From Escherichia coli (GTDB lineage Bacteria > Pseudomonadota > Gammaproteobacteria > Enterobacterales > Enterobacteriaceae), in the NCBI RefSeq assembly GCF_013315695.1, contig NZ_CP054353.1: a DNA stretch of 64,000 nucleotides. One strand, written 5' to 3'. Positions 9,657 to 19,140 of the stretch are shown piece after piece (within the stretch, counting starts at the first letter, position 1; the number at the start of each line of letters is the position of its first letter). The position numbers were made by a program, and so were the translations under genes. The notes under the pieces are model-generated. The model was not told the DNA's origin and did no database searches. It saw only the letters and a list, made by a program, of their open reading frames with translations.

Positions 9657-9959
9657 ATGAGCGATAAACAGACTGAAAAGACCATTCAACTGGATACCCC
9701 CATCATGCGCGGTAAAACAGAAATTACCGAAATTGTGTTGCGTAAACCGCAGTCTGGTGCGCTGCGCGGCACACGCCTGCAGGCCATTATGGATATGGAT
9801 GTGAACGCGATGATGACCGTGATCCCCCGCATCTCCAGTCCGGCACTGACTGCACAGGAAATCGCAGAGATGGACCCGGCAGATCTCACAGCCATGTCGG
9901 TTGAGGTTGTCACTTTTTTGTTGAAGAAGTCGGTGCTTGCCGGTTTACCGACAGCCTGA
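9657..9959 (+). CDS. E: Tail assembly chaperone E
   Basis: 100 aa upstream of tape measure; contains slippery TTTTTTG at 9914-9920. Confidence 0.7.
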   Translation: MSDKQTEKTIQLDTPIMRGKTEITEIVLRKPQSGALRGTRLQAIMDMDVNAMMTVIPRISSPALTAQEIAEMDPADLTAMSVEVVTFLLKKSVLAGLPTA

Positions 9960-10093
9960 CGGTTGACGATCTGGTGGCAGATATCGCCACCATTTTTCAC
10001 TGGCCGCCATCCGTTACTGACGTTATGCCGCTGACCGAAGTGCTGGAATGGCGGTATAAAGCGATTCAGAGAAGCAGGGCCAACGATGAGTGA
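9657..10093 (+). CDS. E+E' fusion chaperone made by programmed -1 frameshift
   Basis: -1 frame after TTTTTTG stays open to TGA at 10091-10093, overlapping T start; conserved feature of tail chaperone genes. Confidence 0.5.
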
Positions 10094-13000
10094 TAACAAC
10101 CTGCGCCTGCAGGTCATTCTTAATGCGGTTGACAAACTCACCCGCCCATTCCGTGCTGCACAGGCCAGTTCGAAAGAGCTGGCTGGCGCAATCAGAAACT
10201 CCCGTGACGCATTAAAGCAACTCAATCAGGCGGGTAACAGCCTGGAAAAATTTCGCAAGCTGCAGGCTGATAACAAGAAGTTAGGTGACAGGCTGAACTA
10301 TGCCAGACAGAAGGCTAATTTGCTTAGCTCTGAGCTGGAGGCGATGGAACAACCATCACAACGGCACCTTGTGGCTTTAGGTCGGCAAACGCTGGCAGTC
10401 CAACGCCTGGAAGAACAACAAAAATATTTGCAGAAGCAAACGGCGCTTGTGCGTGCAGAACTGTACCGGGCGGGAATTTCTGCGAAAGATGATGCGGGAG
10501 CAACTGCCCGTTTAGCCCGTGAAACATCACGTTATAACCAGGAATTGTCGAAACAGGAGGCGCGGCTGAAGCGACTGGGTGAAGCTCAGCGCAGGATGAA
10601 TGCGGCGCGTGCCAGTTATGCCCGTTCGCTGGAGGTGCGTGATCGTATTGCAGGAGCCGGAGCCACCACCACGGCTGCAGGGCTGGCAATGGGAACACCA
10701 GTGATGGCGGCAGTAAAAAGCTATACCAGCATGGAAGATGCCATGAAAGGTGTGGCAAAGCAGGTCAATGGTCTGCGTGACGATAATGGCAACCGCACTG
10801 CACGTTTTTATGAAATGCAGGATGCCATCAAGGCTGCCAGCGAACAGTTGCCGATGGAAAACGGTGCGGTGGACTTCGCTGCACTGGTTGAAGGTGGTGC
10901 GCGCATGAACGTCGCAAACCCTGACGACAGCTGGGAAGACCAGAAACGTGACCTGCTGGCCTTCGCCAGTACGGCAGCAAAGGCGGCAACAGCCTTTGAG
11001 CTGCCAGCGGATGAACTGTCAGAAAGTCTGGGGAAAATCGCCCAGCTCTACAAAATACCTACCCGCAATATTGAACAGCTCGGCGATGCGCTGAACTATC
11101 TGGATGATAACGCCATGTCGAAAGGGGCGGACATCATTGATGTCATGCAACGTCTGGGCGGTGTGGCTGATCGTCTGGATTATCGTAAAGCGGCGGCGCT
11201 GGGTTCCACCTTTCTGACACTGGGCGCTGCGCCAGAGGTTGCAGCCAGTGCAGCAAACGCGATGGTGCGTGAATTGTCCATTGCCACCATGCAAAGCAAG
11301 AGTTTCTTTGAAGGGATGAATCTGCTGAAACTCAATCCTGAAGTGATTGAAAAGCAGATGACGAAGGATGCGATGGGAACTATCCAGCGTGTGCTGGAGA
11401 AGGTGAACGCACTGCCGCAGGACAAGCGTCTGTCTGCCATGACCATGTTGTTTGGTAAAGAGTTTGGTGATGACGCGGCGAAACTGGCAAACAACCTTCC
11501 GGAACTGCAGCGCCAGCTAAAACTGACTGCGGGCAATGATGCGCTCGGTTCCATGCAGAAAGAATCCGACATCAACAAAGACTCACTTTCTGCGCAGTGG
11601 TTGCTGGTCAAAACCGGAGCGCAGAACACCTTCAGCAGCCTGGGCGAAACGCTGCGCCAGCCGCTGATGGATATTCTGTACACGGTAAAAAGCATCACGG
11701 GGGCGTTGCGCCGCTGGGTGGAAGCTAACCCGGAACTGACAGGCACACTGATGAAAGTAGCGGCTGTTGTGGCTGCGGTTACCGTAGGCCTCGGCACCTT
11801 AGCGGTGGCGCTGGCTGCAGTGCTGGGGCCGCTGGCAGTCATCCGTTTGGGATTCTCTGTGCTGGGTATCAAAACGTTACCTTCCGTTACGGCAGCAGTA
11901 ACACGAACCAGCAGCGCGTTGTCCTGGCTGGCTGGCGCTCCACTGGCACTGCTGCGACGCGGGCTTGCTTCATCGGGCAACGCAGCGGGTTTACTTACTG
12001 CGCCGTTGTCGTCTTTGCGCCGCATGGCATCACTGACGGGGAATGTCCTGAAAACTGTAGCAGGTGTGCCGGTTGCACTGTTGCGGTCTGGATTATCCGG
12101 TTTACGTGCTGTTGCTGTGATGTTTATGAATCCACTGGCAGCACTACGCGGTGGACTGGCTGCCGCAGGCGCGGTGCTGCGAGTACTGGCATCCGGTCCG
12201 CTGGCGATGCTGCGCGTTGCCCTGTATGCCGTATCTGGTCTGTTAGGTGCTCTGCTCAGTCCGATAGGTCTTGTGGTTACTGCACTGGCGGGCGTGGCGC
12301 TGGTTGTCTGGAAATACTGGCAACCCATCACCGCATTTCTCGCTGGTGTGGTGGAAGGATTCAACGCGGCGGCAGGTCCCATCAGTGCAGCATTCGAACC
12401 GCTTAAGCCTGTGTTTCAGTGGATTGGCGATAAAGTGCAGGCGTTGTGGGGCTGGTTTACTGATCTGCTGACGCCCGTTAAGTCGACCTCTGCCGAACTG
12501 CAGAGTGCAGCGGCAATGGGGCGGCGATTCGGAGAGGCACTGGCGGAAGGGCTGAATATGGTCATGCATCCGCTGGACTCCCTGAAATCCGGCGTTTCCT
12601 GGTTGCTGGAGAAACTTGGCATTGTCAGTAAAGAGGCCGCAAAGGCAAAACTGCCGGAAAGCATGACGCGTCAGCAACCTGCGACGGTGAATGCAGACGG
12701 TAAAGTGATGATGCCATCGGGTGGTTTTCCGTCATGGGGATATGGCTTTGCGGGGATGTATGACAGCGGCGGGTATATCCCGCGCGGGCAGTTTGGCATC
12801 GTCGGTGAAAACGGGCCGGAAATTGTTAACGGCCCGGCAAATGTGACCAGCCGGAGAAATACAGCTGCACTGGCTGCCGTTGTTGCCGGAATGATGGGCG
12901 TTGCTGCCGCGCCAGCAGAGCTTCCACCGTTGCACCCTTTGGCACTTCCCGCGAAAGGTGGAGAAGCAATTGTGAGTCGCGCAGCCACTGTGCCGCTCGT

Positions 13001-13163
13001 TCAACGGATTGAGGCACCGACGCAGATCATCATTCAGACGCAGCCAGGACAAAGTGCGCAGGATATTGCGCGGGAGGTGGCACGCCAGCTTGATGAACGT
13101 GAACGCAGGCTGAAGGCAAAAGCCAGGAGTAACTACAGCGATCAGGGGGGATACGACGCATGA
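10086..13163 (+). CDS. T: Tail tape measure protein T
   Basis: 1025 aa; coiled-coil N-terminus, repeated hydrophobic PLAxLRxGL motifs; position after E/E'. Confidence 0.85.
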   Translation: MSDNNLRLQVILNAVDKLTRPFRAAQASSKELAGAIRNSRDALKQLNQAGNSLEKFRKLQADNKKLGDRLNYARQKANLLSSELEAMEQPSQRHLVALGRQTLAVQRLEEQQKYLQKQTALVRAELYRAGISAKDDAGATARLARETSRYNQELSKQEARLKRLGEAQRRMNAARASYARSLEVRDRIAGAGATTTAAGLAMGTPVMAAVKSYTSMEDAMKGVAKQVNGLRDDNGNRTARFYEMQDAIKAASEQLPMENGAVDFAALVEGGARMNVANPDDSWEDQKRDLLAFASTAAKAATAFELPADELSESLGKIAQLYKIPTRNIEQLGDALNYLDDNAMSKGADIIDVMQRLGGVADRLDYRKAAALGSTFLTLGAAPEVAASAANAMVRELSIATMQSKSFFEGMNLLKLNPEVIEKQMTKDAMGTIQRVLEKVNALPQDKRLSAMTMLFGKEFGDDAAKLANNLPELQRQLKLTAGNDALGSMQKESDINKDSLSAQWLLVKTGAQNTFSSLGETLRQPLMDILYTVKSITGALRRWVEANPELTGTLMKVAAVVAAVTVGLGTLAVALAAVLGPLAVIRLGFSVLGIKTLPSVTAAVTRTSSALSWLAGAPLALLRRGLASSGNAAGLLTAPLSSLRRMASLTGNVLKTVAGVPVALLRSGLSGLRAVAVMFMNPLAALRGGLAAAGAVLRVLASGPLAMLRVALYAVSGLLGALLSPIGLVVTALAGVALVVWKYWQPITAFLAGVVEGFNAAAGPISAAFEPLKPVFQWIGDKVQALWGWFTDLLTPVKSTSAELQSAAAMGRRFGEALAEGLNMVMHPLDSLKSGVSWLLEKLGIVSKEAAKAKLPESMTRQQPATVNADGKVMMPSGGFPSWGYGFAGMYDSGGYIPRGQFGIVGENGPEIVNGPANVTSRRNTAALAAVVAGMMGVAAAPAELPPLHPLALPAKGGEAIVSRAATVPLVQRIEAPTQIIIQTQPGQSAQDIAREVARQLDERERRLKAKARSNYSDQGGYDA

Positions 13164-13645
13164 TGATGGTGCTGGGATTGTACGTGTTTATGCTGCGCAC
13201 CGTTCCGTATCAGGAACTGCAGTATCAACGCAGCTGGCGACATGCGGCAAACAGTCGGGTAAACCGACGTCCGTCCACGCAGTTTCTGGGACCGGAAAAC
13301 GACATGCTGACGCTTTCCGGTGTTCTTATGCCGGAGATAACAGGCGGCAGGCTGTCGTTGCTGGCACTGGAGCAGATGGCAGAACAGGGGAAAGCATGGC
13401 CCCTGATTGAAGGCAGCGGCACGATTTACGGCATGTATGTGATTGAGGGACTGAATCAGACTAAAACGGAGTTTTTCCGCGACGGTATGCCGCGCCGGAT
13501 TGAGTTCACCCTGTCGCTCAAACGAGTGGATGAATCCCTGTCCGATATGTTCGGTGATCTCAGTGCGCAACTGAATAATCTGCAGGACACGGCAACGTCT
13601 GCCTTAAGCGATATCAGTAAAACGGTGGGAGGGCTGCTGTCGTGA
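13160..13645 (+). CDS. U: Tail protein U
   Basis: 161 aa; position and size match P2 gpU. Confidence 0.75.
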   Translation: MMMVLGLYVFMLRTVPYQELQYQRSWRHAANSRVNRRPSTQFLGPENDMLTLSGVLMPEITGGRLSLLALEQMAEQGKAWPLIEGSGTIYGMYVIEGLNQTKTEFFRDGMPRRIEFTLSLKRVDESLSDMFGDLSAQLNNLQDTATSALSDISKTVGGLLS

Positions 13646-14742
13646 ATTTCAGCGCTGAACTGCTTAACACAGGCAACAAAACTCCCGCATTCAGCATCAG
13701 TATTGAGGGCAGGGATATCACCACTGTGCTGGATAACCGCCTGATGAGTTTGACGCTGACGGATAACCGGGGCTTTGAAGCGGACCAGCTTGATCTGGAG
13801 CTGGATGACGCTGACGGAAAAATCGTGCTGCCGCGCCGTGGTGCGGTCATTACGCTGGCGCTGGGCTGGAAGGGGCAGCCGCTTTTCCCTAAAGGGGCAT
13901 TCACAGTGGACGAGATTGAACACACTGGCGCACCGGACCGCCTGACTATCCGGGCGCGAAGTGCTGATTTTCGGGAAACGCTGAATACCCGCCGTGAAAA
14001 ATCGTGGCATAAGACCACCGTCGGGGAAGTGGTGAAGGAAATAGCCGCGCGGCACAAGCTGAAGATGGCACTGGGTAAAGACCTGTCGGATAAGCCCGTG
14101 GAGCATATAGACCAGACTAATGAGAGTGACGGCAGTTTTCTGATGCGGCTGGCGCGACAGTACGGTGCCATCGCGTCGGTGAAAAATGGCAATCTGTTAT
14201 TCATCCGGCAGGGGCAGTGCAAAAGCGCCACTGGTAAACCTCTGCCAGTGATCACTATCACACGCAAGGACGGTGACAGTCACCGATTTATCCTGGCAGA
14301 TCGCGGAGCCTACACGGGCGTAATTGCCAGCTGGTTGCATACCCGCGAACCTGCGAAGAAAGAAAGCACCACGGTGAAGCGTAAGCGCAGAACTAAGAAG
14401 CAGAAGAAAGAGCCAGAAGCGAAGCAGGGCGATTACCTGGTGGGTACGGATGAAAACGTGCTGGTACTTAATCGCACTTATGCCAACCGGAGCAACGCCG
14501 AACGAGCGGCGAAAATGCAGTGGGAACGCCTGCAACGCGGCGTTGCGTCATTTTCTCTACAACTGGCAGAAGGGCGGGCAGATCTCTACACGGAAATGCC
14601 TGTGAAGGTCAGTGGTTTTAAACAGCCGATAGATGATGCGGAATGGACCATTACGACTCTGACACATACCGTCAGCCCGGATAACGGTTTTACAACCAGT
14701 ATTGAACTTGAAGTGAAAATTAATGATCTTGAAATGGAATAA
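13642..14742 (+). CDS. D: Tail/baseplate hub protein D
   Basis: 366 aa; GTG start overlapping U stop; position matches P2 gpD. Confidence 0.75.
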   Translation: MNFSAELLNTGNKTPAFSISIEGRDITTVLDNRLMSLTLTDNRGFEADQLDLELDDADGKIVLPRRGAVITLALGWKGQPLFPKGAFTVDEIEHTGAPDRLTIRARSADFRETLNTRREKSWHKTTVGEVVKEIAARHKLKMALGKDLSDKPVEHIDQTNESDGSFLMRLARQYGAIASVKNGNLLFIRQGQCKSATGKPLPVITITRKDGDSHRFILADRGAYTGVIASWLHTREPAKKESTTVKRKRRTKKQKKEPEAKQGDYLVGTDENVLVLNRTYANRSNAERAAKMQWERLQRGVASFSLQLAEGRADLYTEMPVKVSGFKQPIDDAEWTITTLTHTVSPDNGFTTSIELEVKINDLEME

Positions 14743-14810
14743 ATGGTTCTCAATATTGATATTTTGTGTATCATTGCATTGATTATGATAGCAAAGGTAG
14801 GGATCTGGAT

Positions 14811-15029
14811 ATGATGAATTGTCCAAAGTGTGGTCATGCGGCGCACACAAGGAGCAGTTTTCAAGTAACGGAAAGCACCAAAGAACGTTACTGCCAGTGC
14901 CAAAATATTAACTGCGGGAGCACTTTTGTTACCCATGAAACAGTGGTCCGGTTTATTGTGACACCTGCAGTGATTGCCACAGCCCCTCCACATCCATTGC
15001 CAGATGGTCAGGGCCATATGAATTTTTAA
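14811..15029 (+). CDS. ogr: Ogr zinc-finger late-gene transcriptional activator
   Basis: MMNCPKCGHAAH...CQCQNINCGSTF with four-Cys zinc finger; about 72 aa from ATG at 14811. Confidence 0.85.
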   Translation: MMNCPKCGHAAHTRSSFQVTESTKERYCQCQNINCGSTFVTHETVVRFIVTPAVIATAPPHPLPDGQGHMNF

Positions 15030-15036
15030 GAAAGAG

Positions 15037-15064
15037 AACCTGCTACGGCAGGTTTTATTTTTCT
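15037..15064 (+). terminator. Rho-independent terminator after ogr
   Basis: aacctgctacggcaggtt hairpin followed by T-rich run. Confidence 0.6.
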
Positions 15065-15269
15065 GTAAGCCTATCCATTTAAAGTATAAATGAATATTTA
15101 CATTGATGATTATCATTAGAGTTGCGTTAAAGACTACACCTGCCATTTGTACAATGTTTTAAAGTAATGGCTGCAATTAAATGCAGCCATTATTTATAAT
15201 GATTAATATATATAAAATATCAGACACTGAATAATAACGTACTTTATGTTCAAGGGTCGATATAATCAC

Positions 15270-16346
15270 TTAATAGAATGTTTCTACTAAAGCGTTTACA
15301 TGTTCTCTAGCCTCGCGATAACGCTCTCTTACAACGTTGATAATTTCACCGTTTGGCATTTCATAATGAGTTTGAGCAGGAAGTTTGAAAAGAGGAATTC
15401 CCAAACTTGCAGAAACTTTCCCTGAAGTATGAAAATCTTTAACTTCAGAAAGATAGGCCGCCTCCCATTCATTTAAGTTATTGATTTCACGATATCGCTC
15501 CGTGAATAGTTCTGGGAAGTTCTGATATTGTGTAAAAGCAAAAGCACAAAGGGATTCTTTGATTGAATCATAAGCTCTGGCAACACCAAGATTAGACGTA
15601 AAGTTATTGAAAACAAAGCGATCTAACTTAGGTAATGTAAGATTATTATTCACAACTTGGCTATGAAAAGTGACAAACTTTTCTGCATAGGTTTGTGCAG
15701 CAGAAGAGGGATAATGGCCATAAAGAAGCATCATTATTCCTTTCATCCCTTCTAATGAACTGTAATCAGCCATCATAGGGACGACCAGTCTATCTGAAGA
15801 TAGTAGAGCCATTTGGGTGTAGATAGAAAAACTTGGATTACAGTCAATAAAGACAACCATATCATCGTAATCATCAATATCATGTTCTAGAGTACATAGT
15901 CGACGAAATGCTGTCATATACTCTTTCCATGCGAACCTGTTAGCTGGACTGATAACTGCATAGTTCAGTGCAAGAGTAAGGGACTCGAGGAATGAATCAC
16001 CGGCGATGAGAAACAAATTATCGCTGATTTCATCATTATATTGGTTTACTGCTACTTTGAAAGAACGTCGAATACTGGTGAAATTTGAATGGCCATCTAA
16101 AAGCCAGTCCAGAAACCCTACGACATTTTTGCGTGTTCGTGAAGATTGTAGCTCTTGATTAGTATTGTACCCACGATCACCTCCTCCAAGCAGGTATTGA
16201 GAAATGTTTGCTTGCGGACACAAATCTATTACTAGTACCTGTGTGCTGGGATTTTCTTCTGCATACTGTGCAGCAATGTTGAAACCAAGTGTTGTTTTTC
16301 CAACACCGCCTTTGTTGTTATACATTGCATAAATCTTAACTGCCAT
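15270..16346 (-). CDS. Orphan ParA/MinD-like P-loop ATPase with uncharacterised C-terminal extension; prophage cargo gene of unknown function
   Basis: 358 aa; deviant Walker A KGGVGKTT at residues 12-19, A' motif VLVIDLCPQAN, Walker B-like MVVFIDCNPS; AT-rich; opposite strand to phage late genes; no ParB-like neighbour. Confidence 0.75.
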   Translation of the reverse strand: MAVKIYAMYNNKGGVGKTTLGFNIAAQYAEENPSTQVLVIDLCPQANISQYLLGGGDRGYNTNQELQSSRTRKNVVGFLDWLLDGHSNFTSIRRSFKVAVNQYNDEISDNLFLIAGDSFLESLTLALNYAVISPANRFAWKEYMTAFRRLCTLEHDIDDYDDMVVFIDCNPSFSIYTQMALLSSDRLVVPMMADYSSLEGMKGIMMLLYGHYPSSAAQTYAEKFVTFHSQVVNNNLTLPKLDRFVFNNFTSNLGVARAYDSIKESLCAFAFTQYQNFPELFTERYREINNLNEWEAAYLSEVKDFHTSGKVSASLGIPLFKLPAQTHYEMPNGEIINVVRERYREAREHVNALVETFY

Positions 16347-16641
16347 GTGTATTTCACCCGAGGTTGAATAAAAGCCTACTACATCGCTATTTTACCATTC
16401 AATTTTATCATTAGCAGATTCCAATGAAGAAGATACTTCTGGTTTATCTAATGAAAATTGTGAAGTAAAAGTAGGATACTTCATTCTTCTGCAGTGAGGG
16501 GGGCGTGGATAACATTATAATTTCTTGTTGTATAGCCTTTTCGGGAAAGAGCAGACAAGATTTACATAAAACTCTGTCGCCATTTTGCCGCCACTTCCAA
16601 AGAAAAAGGGGCTACGCTTTCACGTAACCCCTTGATTTATT

Positions 16642-17004
16642 TGGTGGAGCTGGCGGGAGTTGAACCCGCGTCCGAAATTCCTACATCCTCGGTACTACAT
16701 GCTTAGTCAGTCTTTACATTCGCTTGCCAGCTGCGGACGGACACGCCACTAACAAACTAGCCTGATTAAGTTTTAACGCTTCAACCCCAGGCAGGGCTTC
16801 CACGCGATCTCTTTTGGGTTTGACCTCTCTTGATCCCCGTCCTAAGAGCGGAGGCTAGGGAGAGAGGGCTCTAAGCAGGTTATTAAGCTGCTAAAGCGTA
16901 GTTTTCGTCGTTTGCGACTATTTTTTGCGGCTTTTTACGAGGCCAACCGCCCCTCGGCATGCACCTTGGGTTTCGCAAATCCCGTCGAATCCAGAATCAG
17001 CCCC
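16642..17004 (-). ncRNA. ssrA: tmRNA (SsrA)
   Basis: Reverse complement reads GGGGCTGATTCTGGATTCGACGGG...GGACGCGGGTTCAACTCCCGCCAGCTCCACCA; tag-coding region present. Confidence 0.95.
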
Positions 17005-17218
17005 AATGTGTAACGGTAAGTATACCAGATTCATGAGTGCCATGACCAGCCTCAATGGCGTTATCGTTAAAGATTTAGCACCCATGTAGCCTGATTTTTA
17101 TTCGATTAAGCAATGGGATGGCAACATTTGTGTCGGATGTGATAGCCAATAAGATGTGCATTCGCGCCGCCGGAGAGGGAGGCGCGGTGAGGAACTGGTC
17201 AATAATTGCAGTGCAGGT

Positions 17219-17701
17219 TTAACGGTGGGCGTTTTTCATGATACGCGCTTTATCCACCTGCCATTCGCGTTCTTTGATATCTGAACGTTTATCATGCTGT
17301 TTCTTACCTTTGGCGACGCCGATTTTCACTTTGCACCAGGCATTTTTCCAGTACAGGGAGAGCGCCACTACGGTATAGCCTTCTCGATTGACGCGACCGT
17401 ACAATGAGTCCAGTTCGCGCTGGTTGAGAAGTAACTTGCGGGTACGGGTAGGATCGCACACCACATGCGTGGAGGCCACGGCCATTGGCGTGATGTTAGC
17501 GCCAAACAGAAATGCCTCTCCGTCACGCAGAAGGACGTAGCTGTCGCTGATATTGGCTTTTCCTGCGCGCAGGGATTTAACTTCCCAGCCTTGCAGGGCA
17601 AGTCCCGCTTCGAACTCTTCTTCGATAAAGTATTCGTGACGGGCGCGCTTGTTAAGCGCGATGGTCGCTGAACCAGGTTTATGTGCTTTTTTCTTCGTCA
17701 T
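17219..17701 (-). CDS. smpB: SsrA-binding protein SmpB
   Basis: 160 aa, recognised as E. coli SmpB; adjacent to ssrA. Confidence 0.95.
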
Positions 17702-17832
17702 AAGCGTCGTGAATCATCGGTAATCTGAAATCGAAAACACCCCATATCAATCCTGCGGGGGACAAGGCTCTATCTTAGCATGAACCCGATGTTACCCAGC
17801 GCCGGGATAGCGTTTTTTTTACAGCAGGATAA

Positions 17833-18309
17833 ATGATATTATTTGTTGGATTTTTGTTGATGGAAATTGTTATGCCTCAGATTAGCCGGACCGCACTGGT
17901 ACCCTACAGCGCGGAGCAAATGTATCAGTTAGTGAATGACGTTCAGTCTTATCCTCAGTTTTTGCCGGGTTGTACCGGAAGTCGGATTCTGGAGTCCACT
18001 CCTGGGCAGATGACTGCGGCGGTAGATGTCTCTAAGGCTGGGATCAGCAAAACGTTTACTACCCGCAACCAGTTGACCAGTAACCAAAGTATTCTTATGA
18101 ATCTGGTGGATGGGCCGTTCAAGAAATTGATCGGTGGATGGAAGTTTACGCCGCTGAGCCAGGAGGCGTGTCGTATCGAGTTTCATCTCGACTTTGAGTT
18201 TACCAATAAGTTGATTGAACTCGCCTTTGGTCGCGTGTTTAAAGAGCTGGCGGCTAATATGGTCCAGGCTTTTACGGTTCGTGCGAAAGAGGTTTACAGT
18301 GCCAGGTAA
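17833..18309 (+). CDS. ratA: Ribosome association toxin RatA (YfjG)
   Basis: 158 aa; conserved position divergent from smpB. Confidence 0.85.
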
Positions 18310-18589
18310 AATTGCCGTTGAGGTGGCTTATGCGCTACCTGAGAAGCAGTACCTGCAGCGCGTGACGCTGCAGGAGGGTGCGACGGTTGAAGAAGCTATT
18401 CGTGCCAGTGGCTTGCTGGAATTGCGTACCGATATCGATTTAACTAAAAACAAAGTCGGCATTTACAGCCGTCCGGCCAAACTGAGCGATACCGTGCATG
18501 ATGGCGATCGGGTGGAGATTTATCGTCCTCTCATTGCCGATCCGAAAGAGCTGCGCAGGCAACGAGCAGAAAAATCAGCGAATAAATAA
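18299..18589 (+). CDS. ratB: RatB (YfjF)
   Basis: 96 aa from GTG at 18299 overlapping ratA stop (track ORF 18215 over-extends). Confidence 0.75.
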
Positions 18590-18595
18590 CAGACA

Positions 18596-18627
18596 GAAAA
18601 AAGGTGCTCATTGAGCACCTTTTTTAA
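18596..18627. terminator. Bidirectional rho-independent terminator between ratB and bamE
   Basis: aaaaaaggtgctcattgagcacctttttt: hairpin flanked by A and T runs. Confidence 0.65.
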
Positions 18628-18650
18628 CCTCTTTGAGAGCAACTTTATTA

Positions 18651-18992
18651 TTAGTTACCACTCAGCGCAGGTTTGTTATCAATGTTGGTCAACACACCGC
18701 TACTGTTAAAGGTCAGCGTCAGCGTTTGCTGCGTTACACCTTCATGACCAGGTTGCTGGCGGAAGACATAGAACCAGGTATTTGTACCAAATGGATCGGA
18801 CATCAGCGGTGTACCCAATGCGTACGCAACTTGTTGTTGCGTCATGCCAACACGTATTTTGGATACGTCGTTAGCGGTCAGATAATTCCCCTGGTTGATG
18901 TCAGGACGGTAAACCACTCGCTCCAGAGTGGAACAGCCTGCGGTCAACATCAATAGTACTGCTGCTGCAGCAGTCAGCGTTTTACAGCGCAT
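18651..18992 (-). CDS. bamE: Outer-membrane assembly lipoprotein BamE (SmpA)
   Basis: 113 aa with lipobox LTAGC. Confidence 0.9.
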
Positions 18993-19140
18993 AGTGATTT
19001 GATTCCTTTTCGGGCCCGAGCAGTACGTGGCTCATCTGTAATATGCCGATGATAATAGACCTTTCATCACTTTAAAACCTTTTGCTTTCCGGTCCTACGG
19101 CGTTTTGCTGTTTACTCTGACCGTGAAGCAGGAAAAAAGT

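Larger units (their letters stand above)
1..16641. mobile_element. P2-like prophage, late/tail-gene arm; window starts inside the prophage, right end abuts the 3' end of ssrA
   Basis: Gene order lysA-lysB-lysC-R-S-V-W-J-I-H-(invertible segment, invertase)-FI-FII-E/E'-T-U-D-ogr matches P2 late region; ends next to tmRNA 3' end, a known prophage attachment site. Confidence 0.8.

Noticed and set aside
11180-12382. 400-aa minus-strand ORF inside tape measure gene T
   Set aside because: Antisense to a clearly coding gene; Ala/Ser/Pro/Arg-rich low-complexity translation
16392-16484. 29-codon minus-strand ORF (MKYPTFTSQFSLDKPEV...) upstream of the ParA-like gene, as a possible small partner gene
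   Set aside because: No convincing ribosome-binding site and very short; more likely promoter/leader sequence of the ParA-like gene. Worth a ribosome-profiling check only
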